64,000 nucleotides of DNA from Macrostomum lignano (GCA_002269645.1 NIVC01000100.1:1-64000), one strand, 5' to 3'; shown: positions 26,376 to 39,514, numbered from the stretch's first letter. A program made the numbers and translations. Notes: a model not told the origin generated them from the letters alone.

Positions 26376-29300
26376 CACAGTGGCGCCCACCGCTTCAGCA
26401 CACAGTGGCGCCCACCACTTCAGGACACACTGGCGCCCACCGCTTCAGCACACAGTGGCGCCCACCGCTTCAGCACACAGTGGCGCCCACCGCTTCAGCA
26501 CACAGTGGCGCCCACCGCTTCAGCACACACTGGCGCCCACCGCTTCAGCACACAGTGGCGCCCACCACTTCAGGACACTGTGGCGCCCACCACTTCAGAA
26601 CACAGTGGCGCCCACCGCTTCAGAACACAGTGGCGCCCACCGCTTCAGGACACTGTGGCGCCCACCGCTTCAGAACACAGTGGCGCCCACCGTTTCAGAA
26701 CACAGTGGCGCCCACCGCTTCAGGACACTGTGGCGCCCACCGCTTCAGAACACAGTGGCGCCCACCGCTTCAGGACACTGTGGCGCTCACCGCTTCAGCA
26801 CACAGTGGCGCCAACCACTTCAGGACACACTGGCGCCCACCGCTTCAGCACACAGTGGCGCCCACCGCTTCAGCACACAGTGGCGCCCACCGCTTCAGCA
26901 CACACTGGCGCCCACCGCTTCAGCACACAGTGGCGCCCACCACTTCAGGACACTGTGGCGCGCACCACTTCAGGACACTGTGGCGCCCACCGCTTCAGAA
27001 CACAGTGGCGCCCACCGCTTCAGGACACTGTGGCGCCCACCACTTCAGGACACTGTGGCGCCCACCGCTTCAGAACACAGTGGCGCCCACCGCTTCAGGA
27101 CACTGTGGCCCCCACCACTTCAGGACACTGTGGCGCCCACCGCTTCAGGACACTGTGGCGCCCACCACTTCAGGACACTGTGGCGCCCACCGCTTCAGAA
27201 CACAGTGGCGCCCACCGCTTCAGGACACAGTGGCGCCCACCGCTTCAGGACACTGTGGCGCCCACCGCTTCAGAACACAGTGGCGCCCACTGTTTCAGAA
27301 CACAGTGGCGCCCACCGCTTCAGAACACAGTGGCGCCCACCGCTTCAGAACACAGTGGCGCCCACCGCTTCAGAACACAGTGGCGCCCACCGCTTCAGAA
27401 CACAGTGGCGCCCACCACTTCAGGACACAGTGGTGCCCACCGCTTCAGAACACAGTGGCGCCCACCGCTTCAGAACACAGTGGCGCCCACCACGTCAGGA
27501 CACTGCGGCGCCCACCACTTCAGCACACAGTGGCGCCCACCACTTCAGGACACTGTGGAGCCCACCGCTTCAGAACACAGTGGCGCCCACCACTTTAGGA
27601 CACTGTGGCGCCCACCGCTTCAGGACACTGTGGCGCTCACCGCTTCAGCACACAGTGGCGCCCACCACTTCAGGACACTGTGGCGCCCACCGCTTCAGCA
27701 CACAGTGGCCCCCACCACTTCAGGACACTGTGGAGCCCACCACTTCAGGACACTGTGGCGTCCACCGCTTCAGCATACAGTGGCGCCCACCACTTCAGGA
27801 CACACTGGCGCCCACCGCTTCAGCACACAGTGGCGCCCACCGCTTCAGCACACAGTGGCGCCCACCGCTTCAGCACACAGTGGCGCCCACCGCTTCAGCA
27901 CACACTGGCGCGCACCGCTTCAGCACACACTGGCGCCCAGTTCAGGACACAGTGGCGCCAACCGCGCCTACCACTTCAGCACACAGTGGCGCCCACCGCT
28001 TCAGGACACAGTGGCGCCCACCGCGCCTACCACTTCAGGACACAGTGGCGCCCACCGCTTCAGGACACACTGACGCCCAGTTCAGGACACAGTGGCGCCA
28101 ACCGCGCCTACCACTTCAGGACACAGTGGCGCCCACCGCTTCAGGACACAGTGGCGCCCACCGCGCCTACCACTTCAGGACACAGTGGCGCCCACCACTT
28201 CAGGACACACTGGCGCCCAGTTCAGGACACAGTGGCGCCAACCGCGCCACCACTTCAGGACACAGTGGCGCCCACCGCTTCAGGACACAGTGGCGCCCAC
28301 CGCGCCTACCACTTCAGGACACAGTGGCGCCCACCGCTTCAGGACACACTGGCGCGCACCGCTTCAGCACACACTGGCGCCCACCGCTTCAGCACACAGT
28401 GGCGCCCACCACTTCAGGACACTGTGGCGCCCACCGCTTCAGAACACAGTGGCGCCCACCACTTCAGGACACTGTGGCGCCCACCGCTTCAGGACACTGT
28501 GGCGCCCACCACTTCAGGACACTGTGGCGCCCACCACTTCAGAACACAGTGGCGCCCACCGCTTCAGAACACAGTGGCGCCCACCGCTTCAGGACACTGT
28601 GGCGCCCACCGCTTCAGAACACAGTGGCGCCCACCGTTTCAGAACACAGTGGCGCCCACCGCTTCAGAACACAGTGGCGCCCACCGCTTCAGAACACAGT
28701 GGCGCCCACCGCTTCAGAACACAGTGGCGCCCACCGCTTCAGCACACAGTGGCGCCCACCACTTCAGGACACAGTGGCGCCCACCGCTTCAGAACACAGT
28801 GGCGCCCACCGCTTCAGAACACAGTGGCGCCCACCACTTCAGGACACTGTGGCGCCCACCGCTTCAGCACACAGTGGCGCCCACCGCTTCAGGACACTGT
28901 GGCGCCCACCGCTTCAGCACACAGTGGCACCCACCACTTTAGGACACTGTGGCGCCCACCGCTTCAGGACACTGTGGCGCCCACCGCTTCAGCACACAGT
29001 GGCGCCCACCACTTCAGGACACTGTGGCGCACACCGCTTCAGCACACAGTGGCGCCCACCGCTTCAGGACACAGTGGCGCCCACCGCTTCAGCACACAGT
29101 GGCGCCCACCATTTTCAGGACACTGTGACGCCCACCGCTTCAGCACACAGTGGCGCCCACCACTTCAGGACACTGTGGCGCCCACCGCTTCAGGACACAG
29201 TGGCGCCCACCGCTTCAGCACACAGTGGCGCCCACTTCAGCACACAGTGGCGCCCACCGCTTCAGCACACAGTGGCGCCCACCGCTTCAGCACACAGTGG

Positions 29301-31069
29301 CGCCCACCGCTTCAGCACACACTGGCGCGCACCGCTTCAGCACACACTGGCGCCCAGTTCAGGACACAGTGGCGCCAACCGCGCCTACCACTTCAGCACA
29401 CAGTGGCGCCCACCGCTTCAGGACACAGTGGCGCCCACCGCGCCTACCACTTCAGGACACAGTGGCGCCCACCGCTTCAGGACACACTGACGCCCAGTTC
29501 AGGACACAGTGGCGCCAACCGCGCCTACCACTTCAGGACACAGTGGCGCCCACCGCTTCAGGACACAGTGGCGCCCACCGCGCCTACCACTTCAGGACAC
29601 AGTGGCGCCCACCGCTTCAGGACACACTGGCGCCCAGTTCAGGACACAGTGGCGCCAACCGCGCCACCACTTCAGGACACAGTGGCGCCCACCGCTTCAG
29701 GACACAGTGGCGCCCACCGCGCCTACCACTTCAGGACACAGTGGCGCCCACCGCTTCAGGACACACTGGCGCGCACCGCTTCAGCACACACTGGCGCCCA
29801 CCGCTTCAGCACACAGTGGCGCCCACCACTTCAGGACACTGTGGCGCCCACCACTTCAGGACACTGTGGCGCCCACCGCTTCAGAACACAGTGGCGCCCA
29901 CCACTTCAGGACACTGTGGCGCCCACCGCTTCAGGACACTGTGGCGCCCACCACTTCAGGACACTGTGGCGCCCACCACTTCAGAACACAGTGGCGCCCA
30001 CCGCTTCAGCACACAGTGGCGCCCACCACTTCAGAACACAGTGGCGCCCACCGCTTCAGAACACAGTGGCGCCCACCGCTTCAGGACACTGTGGCGCCCA
30101 CCGCTTCAGAACACAGTGGCGCCCACCGTTTCAAACCACAGTGGCGCCCACCGCTTCAGGACACTGTGGCGCCCACCGCTTCAGAACACAGTGGCGCCCA
30201 CCGCTTCAGGACACTGTGGCGCTCACCGCTTCAGCACACAGTGGCGCCAACCACTTCAGGACACACTGGCGCCCACCGCTTCAGCACACAGTGGCGCCCA
30301 CCGCTTCAGCACACAGTGGCGCCCACCGCTTCAGCACACACTGGCGCCCACCGCTTCAGCACACAGTGGCGCCCACCACTTCAGGACACTGTGGCGCGCA
30401 CCACTTCAGGACACTGTGGCGCCCACCGCTTCAGAACACAGTGGCGCCCACCGCTTCAGGACACTGTGGCGCCCACCACTTCAGGACACTGTGGCGCCCA
30501 CCGCTTCAGAACACAGTGGCGCCCACCGCTTCAGGACACTGTGGCCCCCACCACTTCAGGACACTGTGGCGCCCACCGCTTCAGGACACTGTGGCGCCCA
30601 CCACTTCAGGACACTGTGGCGCCCACCGCTTCAGAACACAGTGGCGCCCACCGCTTCAGGACACAGTGGCGCCCACCGCTTCAGGACACTGTGGCGCCCA
30701 CCGCTTCAGAACACAGTGGCGCCCACTGTTTCAGAACACAGTGGCGCCCACCGCTTCAGAACACAGTGGCGCCCACCGCTTCAGGACACACTGGCGCCCA
30801 GTTCAGGACACAGTGGCGCCAACCGCGCCACCACTTCAGGACACAGTGGCGCCCACCGCTTCAGGACACAGTGGCGCCCACCGCGCCTACCACTTCAGGA
30901 CACAGTGGCGCCCACCGCTTCAGGACACACTGGCGCGCACCGCTTCAGCACACAGTGGCGCCCACCGCGCCTACCACTTCAGGACACAGTGGCGCCCACC
31001 GTTTCAGGACACATTGGCGCCCACCGCGCCTACCACTTCAGCACACAGTGGCGCCCACTTCAGCACAGG
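26376..31069. repeat. 4.7-kb satellite of a 25-bp unit (GTGGCGCCCACCGCTTCAGCACACA) with higher-order duplications
   Basis: About 190 units; rare variants recur at fixed offsets of 3436 bp and 1417 bp. Confidence 0.98.
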
Positions 31070-31979
31070 ACAAACAGGGTGAAGCATTAGCTTTTCGTAT
31101 TCAAGGGGCAGTCTGTTATCACTCTCTCATTCTCATATGCATCAGTCTGTTCCATTCGTGCTATCAAATTATTTTTGATAGTTGCGTATGTCCCCACATT
31201 ATATAGCAGCTGGCATATCACTGCAGGAGATGCTGGAGTTCGCATCGGTTATATTTTCTTATCTAAGAACCCTTTCAAAGCAAGTACAAGGATACATAAA
31301 TGCTAGAAAAAGGAGCAGGTTTGTTTAAACAGAGGTTTTCAAAAATGAACACTTATATAATTTTAGCAGTTTTAGCTGGACGAGAAAAAACTGGCCTATG
31401 CAACAAGGCACTAAAGGGGAAATGGTTTTGACTTCTATAAATTCATGCTTTGCTACAGAAATTGCGCAGTCTACGAGTATAGGCTTCTTTTAGAAGCACT
31501 AGTATAGACCAGATTATACGTTTTTGCTTTCTCGACTGCTCTCTTCCACTCTGACTGGTTGCTAAGGCTGAAATAATTGTCTAAAAAGTTTTCAATCTTG
31601 CAGCAGTTCTGCGTCACTGCCACCTGTTTGCAGAAATTGAGCCGAAAACTCTCTGGTAGAAGCACAGGTTAATATGCAAATAAAGCATTCTGGAATTGAC
31701 AGGCAAGAGTTACACCTTGACCTTCTTCATTAATATTCAGTCATTTATAATAAGCCAAAAAATAAACCCTACTCAGTAGTCAAGTCCTAAAAAGAATTTT
31801 TGCTCAAGTATTGAAATCGGGTGCTCTCTTTCATTTATTTTTTGGAGATAAAAATGACTTGATCAGCTGCTATGCAAAGCACATAGATTGAATGATTTGA
31901 ACGTATAAACTGGTCGCTGTTTAAATACACTCGCTTAGTATAGTGGCGCCGATTCAAACTCAATAATGTCTACATGTTA

Positions 31980-32255
31980 TAGCAGTTTCCAAGCCAGAAA
32001 ATTTGCAATCATCCTTAGCGGGAGAATCAAGCATTTAGTAGTCCTTGTTGAAGAGTTGCTTTTCACTGTCTATGGCCCAAACTGGGGTCTGTGGAGCAGC
32101 CAATTTGGAAATTCATGTAGACAAACACACGGATATGACAGACGATAAGAGTTCAGCGACCTACCGCAGACCCCAATTTGGGCCATAAACAATTAATAGC
32201 AAGTCTTCAAGTGCGCCAAGTGCTTCTGGGGTTGAATAGGCTTGGAAAATGCATT
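31980..32255. mobile_element. Palindromic foldback/MITE-like element
   Basis: Arms 32048-32094 and 32164-32210 are reverse complements (TTGAAGA(G/C)TTGCT...TATGGCCCAAA(C/T)TGGGGTCTG(T/C)GG); outer TTCCAAGCC/GGCTTGGAA also pair. Confidence 0.65.
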
Positions 32256-32337
32256 TATTTCAATTATACCTAAAAACCACGTGAATAAAATGAGACTAGT
32301 CTACAACATGTGACGCAATCAACTCCAACTCAATCGA

Positions 32338-35007
32338 TTATTGCAACTGAGTTTCATACCGCCGACCACGTGACTCGGCGTCATCCTCGATAAACAACTC
32401 CAGCTGTTGAACTTCAACGTGATTCGGGTCGTCGCAATCTGAGGCGCCTTCGACAACAGAGCGGCACCTGCTGTTGCAGCCTGTTCGGCAGTGTGGCGGC
32501 AAGCTTGCTGTCGGCGCTAGAAGCGAGTCCCGACTGTACAGAGTCTGGAAGCGTTTCAGTTGCAGGTCGGCTGCATCAATTCCAGAGCCTAGTAGCGGCT
32601 CTCGGCACACCTGCAGTCGGGCCATCTGCAGCTTCAGCCGATGACAAACCGCCAAGGAGGTGATCAGAATGACTAGACAGAGGGCCACACTGCCAGCAAG
32701 GCTGTACAGCAGCCACACGCCGTCAGGGTAGAGGCCGAATCTGCGGAGTAGCAACGATTCGATGGAGGATACGTCGGTACCGACTTGAAGACTGTTCAAA
32801 GTTGGACAGACAGCAGGCGGTGTTGAGGCCGCAGTCTCTGACTCTTTTCTTGCCGTTGTTGACGCTTTGCCAGTTGGTGAACAGCTTGATTGGTGCATGG
32901 AATCCAGCGACACCTGACAGCTGGTGAAGGTGACCAGCAGGTGCGCCGAGCTGCCCAAGCAGCGGTGTCGCCGCACCGTCTCGCAGATGGCCGCGTCAGT
33001 CGCCGGAGCCGGTGGACACCCGGCGAAGTGCAGCCGCACGGTGACGTTCTCGGGGCCGCAGAGGCCGTCGTCGGAGGCGGGCAGGTACGCGAACAGCTTG
33101 TTGTCGCGCAGGTCGATGAGGCTGAGCTGCCGGTTGGAGGCGAAGGCCCGTTCGAGCCTGCCCAGCGTGCGGAACTGGTTGTCGAGGGCGTACAGCTCGA
33201 AGAGGCTGACGGCGCCCTGCGGGAGTTCAACCAACGAGATTGGGGCTTTAATGTCCAGAGTCTTGGCTTTGAAATGGCTGGGTGAAGTAGCCTCAGTTGC
33301 ATTAGTTGCGTGATTGGCAAACTTTTAGTACATCTTGAATTTTGTCAGGAGCTGCTGTTTAACTGGTGCCACCTGTGTAGCTGGCACCCTCTGTAGCTGG
33401 CATCCCCTCTGTAGCTGGCGCCCCCTCTGTAGCTGGCGCCCCTCTGTAGCTGGCGCCCCTCTGTAGCTGGCGCCCCTCTGTAGCTGGCGCCCCTCTGTAG
33501 CTGGCACCCTCTGTAGCTGGCACCCTCTGTAGCTGGCACCCTCTGTAGCTGGCACCCTCTGTAGCTGGCATCCCCTCTGTAGCTGGCGCCCCTCTGTAGC
33601 TGGCGCCCCTCTGTAGCTGGCACCCTCTGTAGCTGGCATCCCCTCTGTAGCTGGCACCCTCTGTAGCTGGCATCCCGTCTGTAGCTGGCATCCCCTCTGT
33701 AGCTGGCGCCCCTCTGTAGCTGGCGCCCCTCTGTAGCTGGCACCCTCTGTAGCTGGCACCCTCTGTAGCTGGCATCCCTCTGTAGCTGGCGCCCCTCTGT
33801 AGCTGGCATCCCCTCTGTAGCTGGCATCCCCTCTGTAGCTGGCATCCCCTCTGTAGCTGGCATCCCCTCTGTAGCTGGCATCCCCTCTGTAGCTGGCATC
33901 CCCTCTGTAGCTGGCGCCCCTCTGTAGCTGGCATCCCCTCTGTAGCTGGCGCCCCTCTGTAGCTGGCATCCCCTCTGTTGCTGGCACCCTTTGTAGCTGG
34001 CATCCCCTCTGTATCTGGCACCCTCTGTTGCTGGCACCCTCTGTAGCTGGCATCCCCTCTGTAGCTGGCGCCTCTCTGTAGCTGGCATCCCCTCTGTAGC
34101 TGGCACCCTCTGTAGCTGGCATCCCCTCTGTAGCTGGCGCCCCTCTGTAGCTGGCATCCCCTCTGTTGCTGGCACCCTCTGTAGCTGGCATCCCCTCTGT
34201 AGCTGGCATCCCCTCTGTAGCTGGTGCCCCCCTCTGTTGCTGGTGCCCCTCTCTGTTGCTGGTGCCCCCTCTCTTCCTCAGGAGAAATTGCACCGTTGGG
34301 CTCCCAGCACCCCCTAGCAACACGGGAAGAATGGCAGCCTGAGCCAGTCACCTGCAGAGCCCGGGGTCCCAGCACCCCCTAGCAACACGAGGCAAATGGC
34401 AGCCTGAGCCAGTCACCTGCAGAGCCCGGGGTCCCAGCTGACTCAGCTGGTTGCCGCTCAGCTTCAGCGTCCTCAGCGATCCGCAGGCGGCCAGCAGGCC
34501 GTCCGGCAGCCTCTCGATGCGGTTGTCGCTGAGGTCGAGCGACTCGAGACTGCCGCAGCCGATCAGAGCTCGCTGGCTGAGGTCCCGAACTCGATTCCTG
34601 GCCAGACTGAGCTGCCGCAGCCGTTTGTCGCACACGTCGGGCCCAACGGTCGTTAAATTTCCGTCGAGAATCTCCATCGATGACAGGTTCGGTAGCTGAG
34701 CAGCGTGTCCGGACTCGAGCTCGGGACCTTGCCAGCCGATGACCTTCAAGTGTTCAACCGAGTCGCAGCCAACGAGGCCCCGACCGGGAGAGGCGGCCGA
34801 CGCTGGCCAGGAGGCGGCACTCTGGAAGTTGAGCACCAGAGAGGCGGTGTCGGGTGAGCAGGAGACGTCCAGAGCGCCGCCAACCGGACAGAACTGCAAG
34901 CCAGTCCAATTGTAGCAAGTCATCTTCGCCTCAACCGATTGGCTACCGCTAAACACCAGGGTCAGCAGCAGCATAAACTGAATCAGCTTTCGCAATAGTC
35001 CGGCCAT
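32338..35007 (-). CDS. LRR-containing type I transmembrane receptor, copy B, about 489 aa, apparently intact
   Basis: Exons 35007-34417 and 33216-32338; signal peptide MAGLLRKLIQFMLLLTLVFSG, LRRs near-identical to copy A, stalk, TM VWLLYSLAGSVALCLVILITSLAVC, cytoplasmic tail without a recognisable domain. Confidence 0.88.
33372..34270 (-). repeat. GCCAGCTACAGAGGG minisatellite (17-18-bp units) in intron 1 of LRR copy B
   Basis: About 50 units, sense to the host gene. Confidence 0.96.
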
Positions 35008-36315
35008 TGACAGCTATCAAGTTCGAGGAAATTCGAATGCGTCTAAAGCACGCAATTAGTCATACGGTAGTTGGAAGTTCTGCTTTCTATTGAATATCGC
35101 ACAATATGAGCGTTGGCGAGCTGTTTTTTAGAGTCTGCTCTTCCGTCTTGTTTACTTTCTTTTTTGGATGCCCCTGGATATTCGGTCCCGAGCGCTGTAT
35201 TCTATGTACACCCTTGGGCCTCTGTCTCTCATCTCTACCCCTCCCGACCTCTCTCTCCGTTTCTGCTTCTCGGCGTTTCGCATCCAATAGGAAACTGCAT
35301 TGAGGTTGTGGGTGAGAAGAAAATCTGCTTTCCTTCCAAAGGCGGTTGTGTGTGTTGGTGTCAGTTTTCGTTGACACTAAATACAATGCCCCCTAATACT
35401 GAGGCACTTTTATATTGCATATAGTGGCGAGTGAGAGAGAAAAAGCAGAGTATTCTTTTAGTAGCTAATAAAACAAGAAATAAAACTTACTTGCCTCCAG
35501 GGTCAGGCAGAGAATCCAGCGCACGACTGGGGGCCAGTCGAGTGAAGAGAGGAGGGGGAATATAAGCTAGAGAAAAGGAGAGAGAGGTGAGAGGAGAGGA
35601 GAGAAGAGATGAGATACCTTGAGTCGGCCGGATTGCTATTGTGAAGTTTCAAAGTACCCCGAGGATCGAAGTTTGCCGAACCTTAAGCTAATATAAGTAT
35701 ATTTTCTGTTATTATATTGTAACTCTCTGTATTCTTAAAATTGATAATTGGTGAGTTTGCGTTTCCGGAGGGATATCAAGCAAAAGATAACTTGCAAAAG
35801 AACTATTTAGGCTAGCTAAAAAGCAATGAAGATCCTAAGGATAAAAAATGGAAGATTTTTTGTCAAAAAAATTTATCCAATTTAAATGATCAGTTATCAC
35901 ATGACTCACGAATTTATTAAAGCTTAAAAAGATAAAAATGCAACTGTTCTTTTTTAATTTTGCACAAATTTCTGCTTTTTGCATTGTGCTCAATCGAATT
36001 TGGCCATAGAAAACTCTGTCGAGACAGTAAAACGTCACCAAAGCTATGCTTGAAGAATATTTTAGAATTTTTCCTGATTCTACCTGAATTCTACCTTTGC
36101 ATGCTTGGAATTTCTGGGACAGAAATTTGCGATTGTGACCGCGGGTCATTTTGGTAAACATGCACTCGATTTATGATTTTCAATTCAATCGTATTGGCAT
36201 GCACAAAATTTTCTTGCTTTGATAAGAAAAAACAGCGAAATTCGACGTTATCAATGATTTATTACCGCACAATAAAGTTTACATCTTTCAAATTAGCAAT
36301 ATAAGTAGTATCGCA

Positions 36316-36577
<262 letters not shown>

Positions 36578-36882
36578 CCCTCTTTAGGTCCGCAGTCATG
36601 CGCCAGGTTCTCTATCTGGCTCTTGACGTAAAAAAAATTGCTGACCTCTGGCTAAAAGCATCAGAAACTTTCAACTGTTGCTAGTTTTATCCCGGAACTA
36701 ACAGTTCATCTGTTTATCCAAGAATTATCCCCGCTAAATACTAGCAATTAGCGCTTAGCGTCACCAATTTTAATCCCATACTATGCAATACAAAAAATAC
36801 TATATAATCGGCTGCTATCAGCTGGATCTGTTTGAAAACTGTTTCTCTGTTTCTCAGCAAGACTCAAATCTAAATTTAAACA

Positions 36883-38277
36883 ATGCGTCTAGGATGCTTG
36901 ATGTTGGTTTTTCTGCTTCTGGCGACCAAAGCGATGGGAACTTCCGAGGTAAGCAATTAGGTGAGGAGAGGAGAGGAGAGGAGAGGAGAGGAGAGGAGAG
37001 GAGAGGAGAGGAGGGGAGAGGAGAGGAGAGGAGAGAGAGAGGAGGGGAGGGAGAGAGTAGAGGAGAGGAGAGAAGAGGAGAAGAGACCAGACCAAAAGCA
37101 GAATATGTAGCTGTGAACACTGCAGGCGGAGTTCGAATCGCGGTACAGAGACTGCATCCTGCAGGACACGAACTGCCCGAATAACAGTAGCGTATACAGC
37201 TACCAGCGACTCCTGCCAACTCTGCAGCTGATGCAGCGAAAGAAGCCACCAAGAGAGTGCGACTGCAACATCCAAAGTGAGGGCTGTGTCAGACGGTGCT
37301 TCTATGCCTTCCGACTCCAGCTGGACATTTTGGCTGCGGAGTTCAGGGCTGGCAATGATATGGCTAGGCGTGAGGTGAGTTCGACCCTGTCCTGAAGTGT
37401 TCGACCCCATCCTGAAGTGTTCGACCCTATCCTGAAGTGTTCGACCCTATCCTGAAGTGTTCGAACCCATCCTGAAGTGTTCGACCCTATCCAGAAGTGT
37501 TCGACCCCATCCTGAAGTGTTCGACCCTATCCTGAAGTGTTCGACCCCATCCTGAAGTGTTCGACCCCATCCTGAAGTGTTCGACCCTATCCTGAAGTGT
37601 TCGACCCTATCCTGAAGTGTTTGACCCTGTCCTGAAGTGTTCGACCCTATCCTGAAGTGTTCGACCCTATCCTGAAGTGTTCGACCCTATCCTGAAGTGT
37701 TTGACCCTGTCCTGAAGTGTTCGACCCTATCCTGAAGTGTTCGACCCCATCCTGAAGTGTTCGACCCTATCCTGAAGTGTTCGACCCCATCCTGAAGTGT
37801 TCGACCCTATCCTGAAGTGTTCGACCCTATCCTGAAGTGTTCGACCCCATCCTGAAGTGTTCGACCCTATCCTGAAGTGTTCGACCCCATCCTGAAGTGT
37901 TCGACCCTATCCTGAAGTGTTCGACCCTATCCTGAAGTGTTCGACCCTATCCTGAAGTGTTCAACCCCATCCTGAAGTGTTTGGCTCTTTCGTAAAGTTC
38001 CAGTGCTGGCTTTGATAAACAAAAATAACGAACTCCCCAAAATTTGCAGCAGTTTACTAATTTCGCCCGTAGCAACATGAATCGCCTTAGGCCTTGCATC
38101 CTCGAGGGCAGGAACTGTCAGCAAGTGTATGGCCCGTCGCTCAACTACATGTCCGACTGGTTGCGCTACGAGCTCCGGATTAACTACATGCCTCCGGTGT
38201 GTAACTGCGACGTGAACAATGAAAACTGCGGCAGGCCGTGCATGTACGCCATCCTAAAGTCTGAGGCCGGATTTTGA
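36883..38277 (+). CDS. Secreted ~180-aa protein with two tandem copies of a 6-cysteine module
   Basis: Exons 36883-36948 (MRLGCLMLVFLLLATKAMGTSE, signal peptide), 37126-37374 and 38050(or 38053)-38277; all phase 0, GT-AG. Each of the last two exons encodes C-x6-C-x27-C-x-C-x6-C-x3-C. Confidence 0.85.
36961..37085. repeat. (GAGAG)n microsatellite in intron 1 of the Cys-module gene
   Basis: Read directly. Confidence 0.93.
37375..37982. repeat. 20-bp minisatellite (GTGTTCGACCCTATCCTGAA)n starting at the intron 2 donor site
   Basis: About 30 units; the first unit overlaps GTGAGT. Confidence 0.97.
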
Positions 38278-39458
38278 GGCTCTGCAACTCGATGAAAACT
38301 TATAATAACCATGCAGTAATTGGTGTATTAACAATCGATGGGAATATTTGGATCGGGTAATAAAATATTCCTTTAAAAATCCTAAAATGCTATGTATAAT
38401 TCCTTTTTGCAACCTAGTTGGTATGCAAGCTTTTAAATTAATCATGGATACGGAAATCAGACTTGCGAGACTGAAGATTTTCTCGTTGGCATAGCCGAGT
38501 TTAATTTAATCCCTGGGGCATCAATTTGATCATTTGACGCCATCAGGTACATCACTACGACTCGTCACGCTTTGCACCAGATTATTGATGAACGTCTGGA
38601 ACCTGGCTGCCGTCTAGCCTTCTTGCCCCTTCTGCTGCGACCTTGAGTCCAGATTTTAAAGCCTGTCTTGTCGATGAAAATCAAGTGAATCTCAGGGGCA
38701 CAATCCAGTCAACCGCAGTGATGAGCTGCTTGACCAAAACATTCGGCTTACTGTTGACTCACAAACTTGCAACTCCGGATCGGCTTAACGAAGCTTAGGC
38801 TTCATTTCTTGCAAAGTTAGCAGTGGGTTTTCTTTGATCCATTCCAGTAGGTGCTGCACATGAGCGTCAGTAAGTTTCACTTGACGAGCACCTCCTCGAC
38901 TTGGTCGGTTCCGGCGATCAGTGGGCGAGTTTGTACCGCATTCGAATCGAGTAAACATTAGGAGATGGCTTCAATCACCATTTTTGTGGCGATGCGGAGC
39001 AGCGTTGTCTTGCAGCAGCTGATTGGGCCCTGTGAGTGCAAGCTGGGCCTTTTGTCGCGAATGGCTCTTTGCACCTTGCGCAGCACTTCCAAATAATAGT
39101 CACCATTGACTGTCTGGCCGGCAGGAACAGCCTGATCGAAGATGATGCCCTCGCGATCAAAGAAAGTCACATGCATGATTTTCAGCTGAGCAATTCTCCT
39201 TGCAGCCTTCACTGGCCTCGGAGAGCCAGGCTGGCACCAAGATGCGCTCTGCCGCTTCAGTTTCAAGCCACGATTCTCTGAAGAAACTGAAGTCCCTCGT
39301 GCCTGTGTCTTTGCAGATGAGCTGCGCTGAGAGTTGTGAGACCTTCAGCTCCTCTGACGACAGGATGTGAGGCACCCACTTTGCGCAAATCTTCCTGACT
39401 CCAAGATCTTCAGTCAGAACTTTATGGATTTTGTCATGAGACACGCCAGTATACTCAG

Positions 39459-39514
39459 CGGGGGCTTACGGCCGACCTTCAAGAGGTGCCCCTGTTCTTA
39501 ACTAACGGACCGTA
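39459..39514 (+). ncRNA. Predicted compact HDV-like self-cleaving ribozyme at the LINE 5' end
   Basis: P1 (C)GGGGGC/GCCCCU(G); P2 UACGG-CCG/CGG(A)CCGUA; P3 ACC/GGU with 7-nt L3 UUCAAGA; J4/2 CUAA; P4 reduced to a short linker. Predicted cleavage coincides with the TSD boundary. Confidence 0.75.

Noticed and set aside
26380-31206. ORFs of 400-1036 aa (MAPTASAHSGAH...)
   Set aside because: Translation of a 25-bp tandem repeat that lacks stops; all three frames give the same permuted peptide; no splice or start context.
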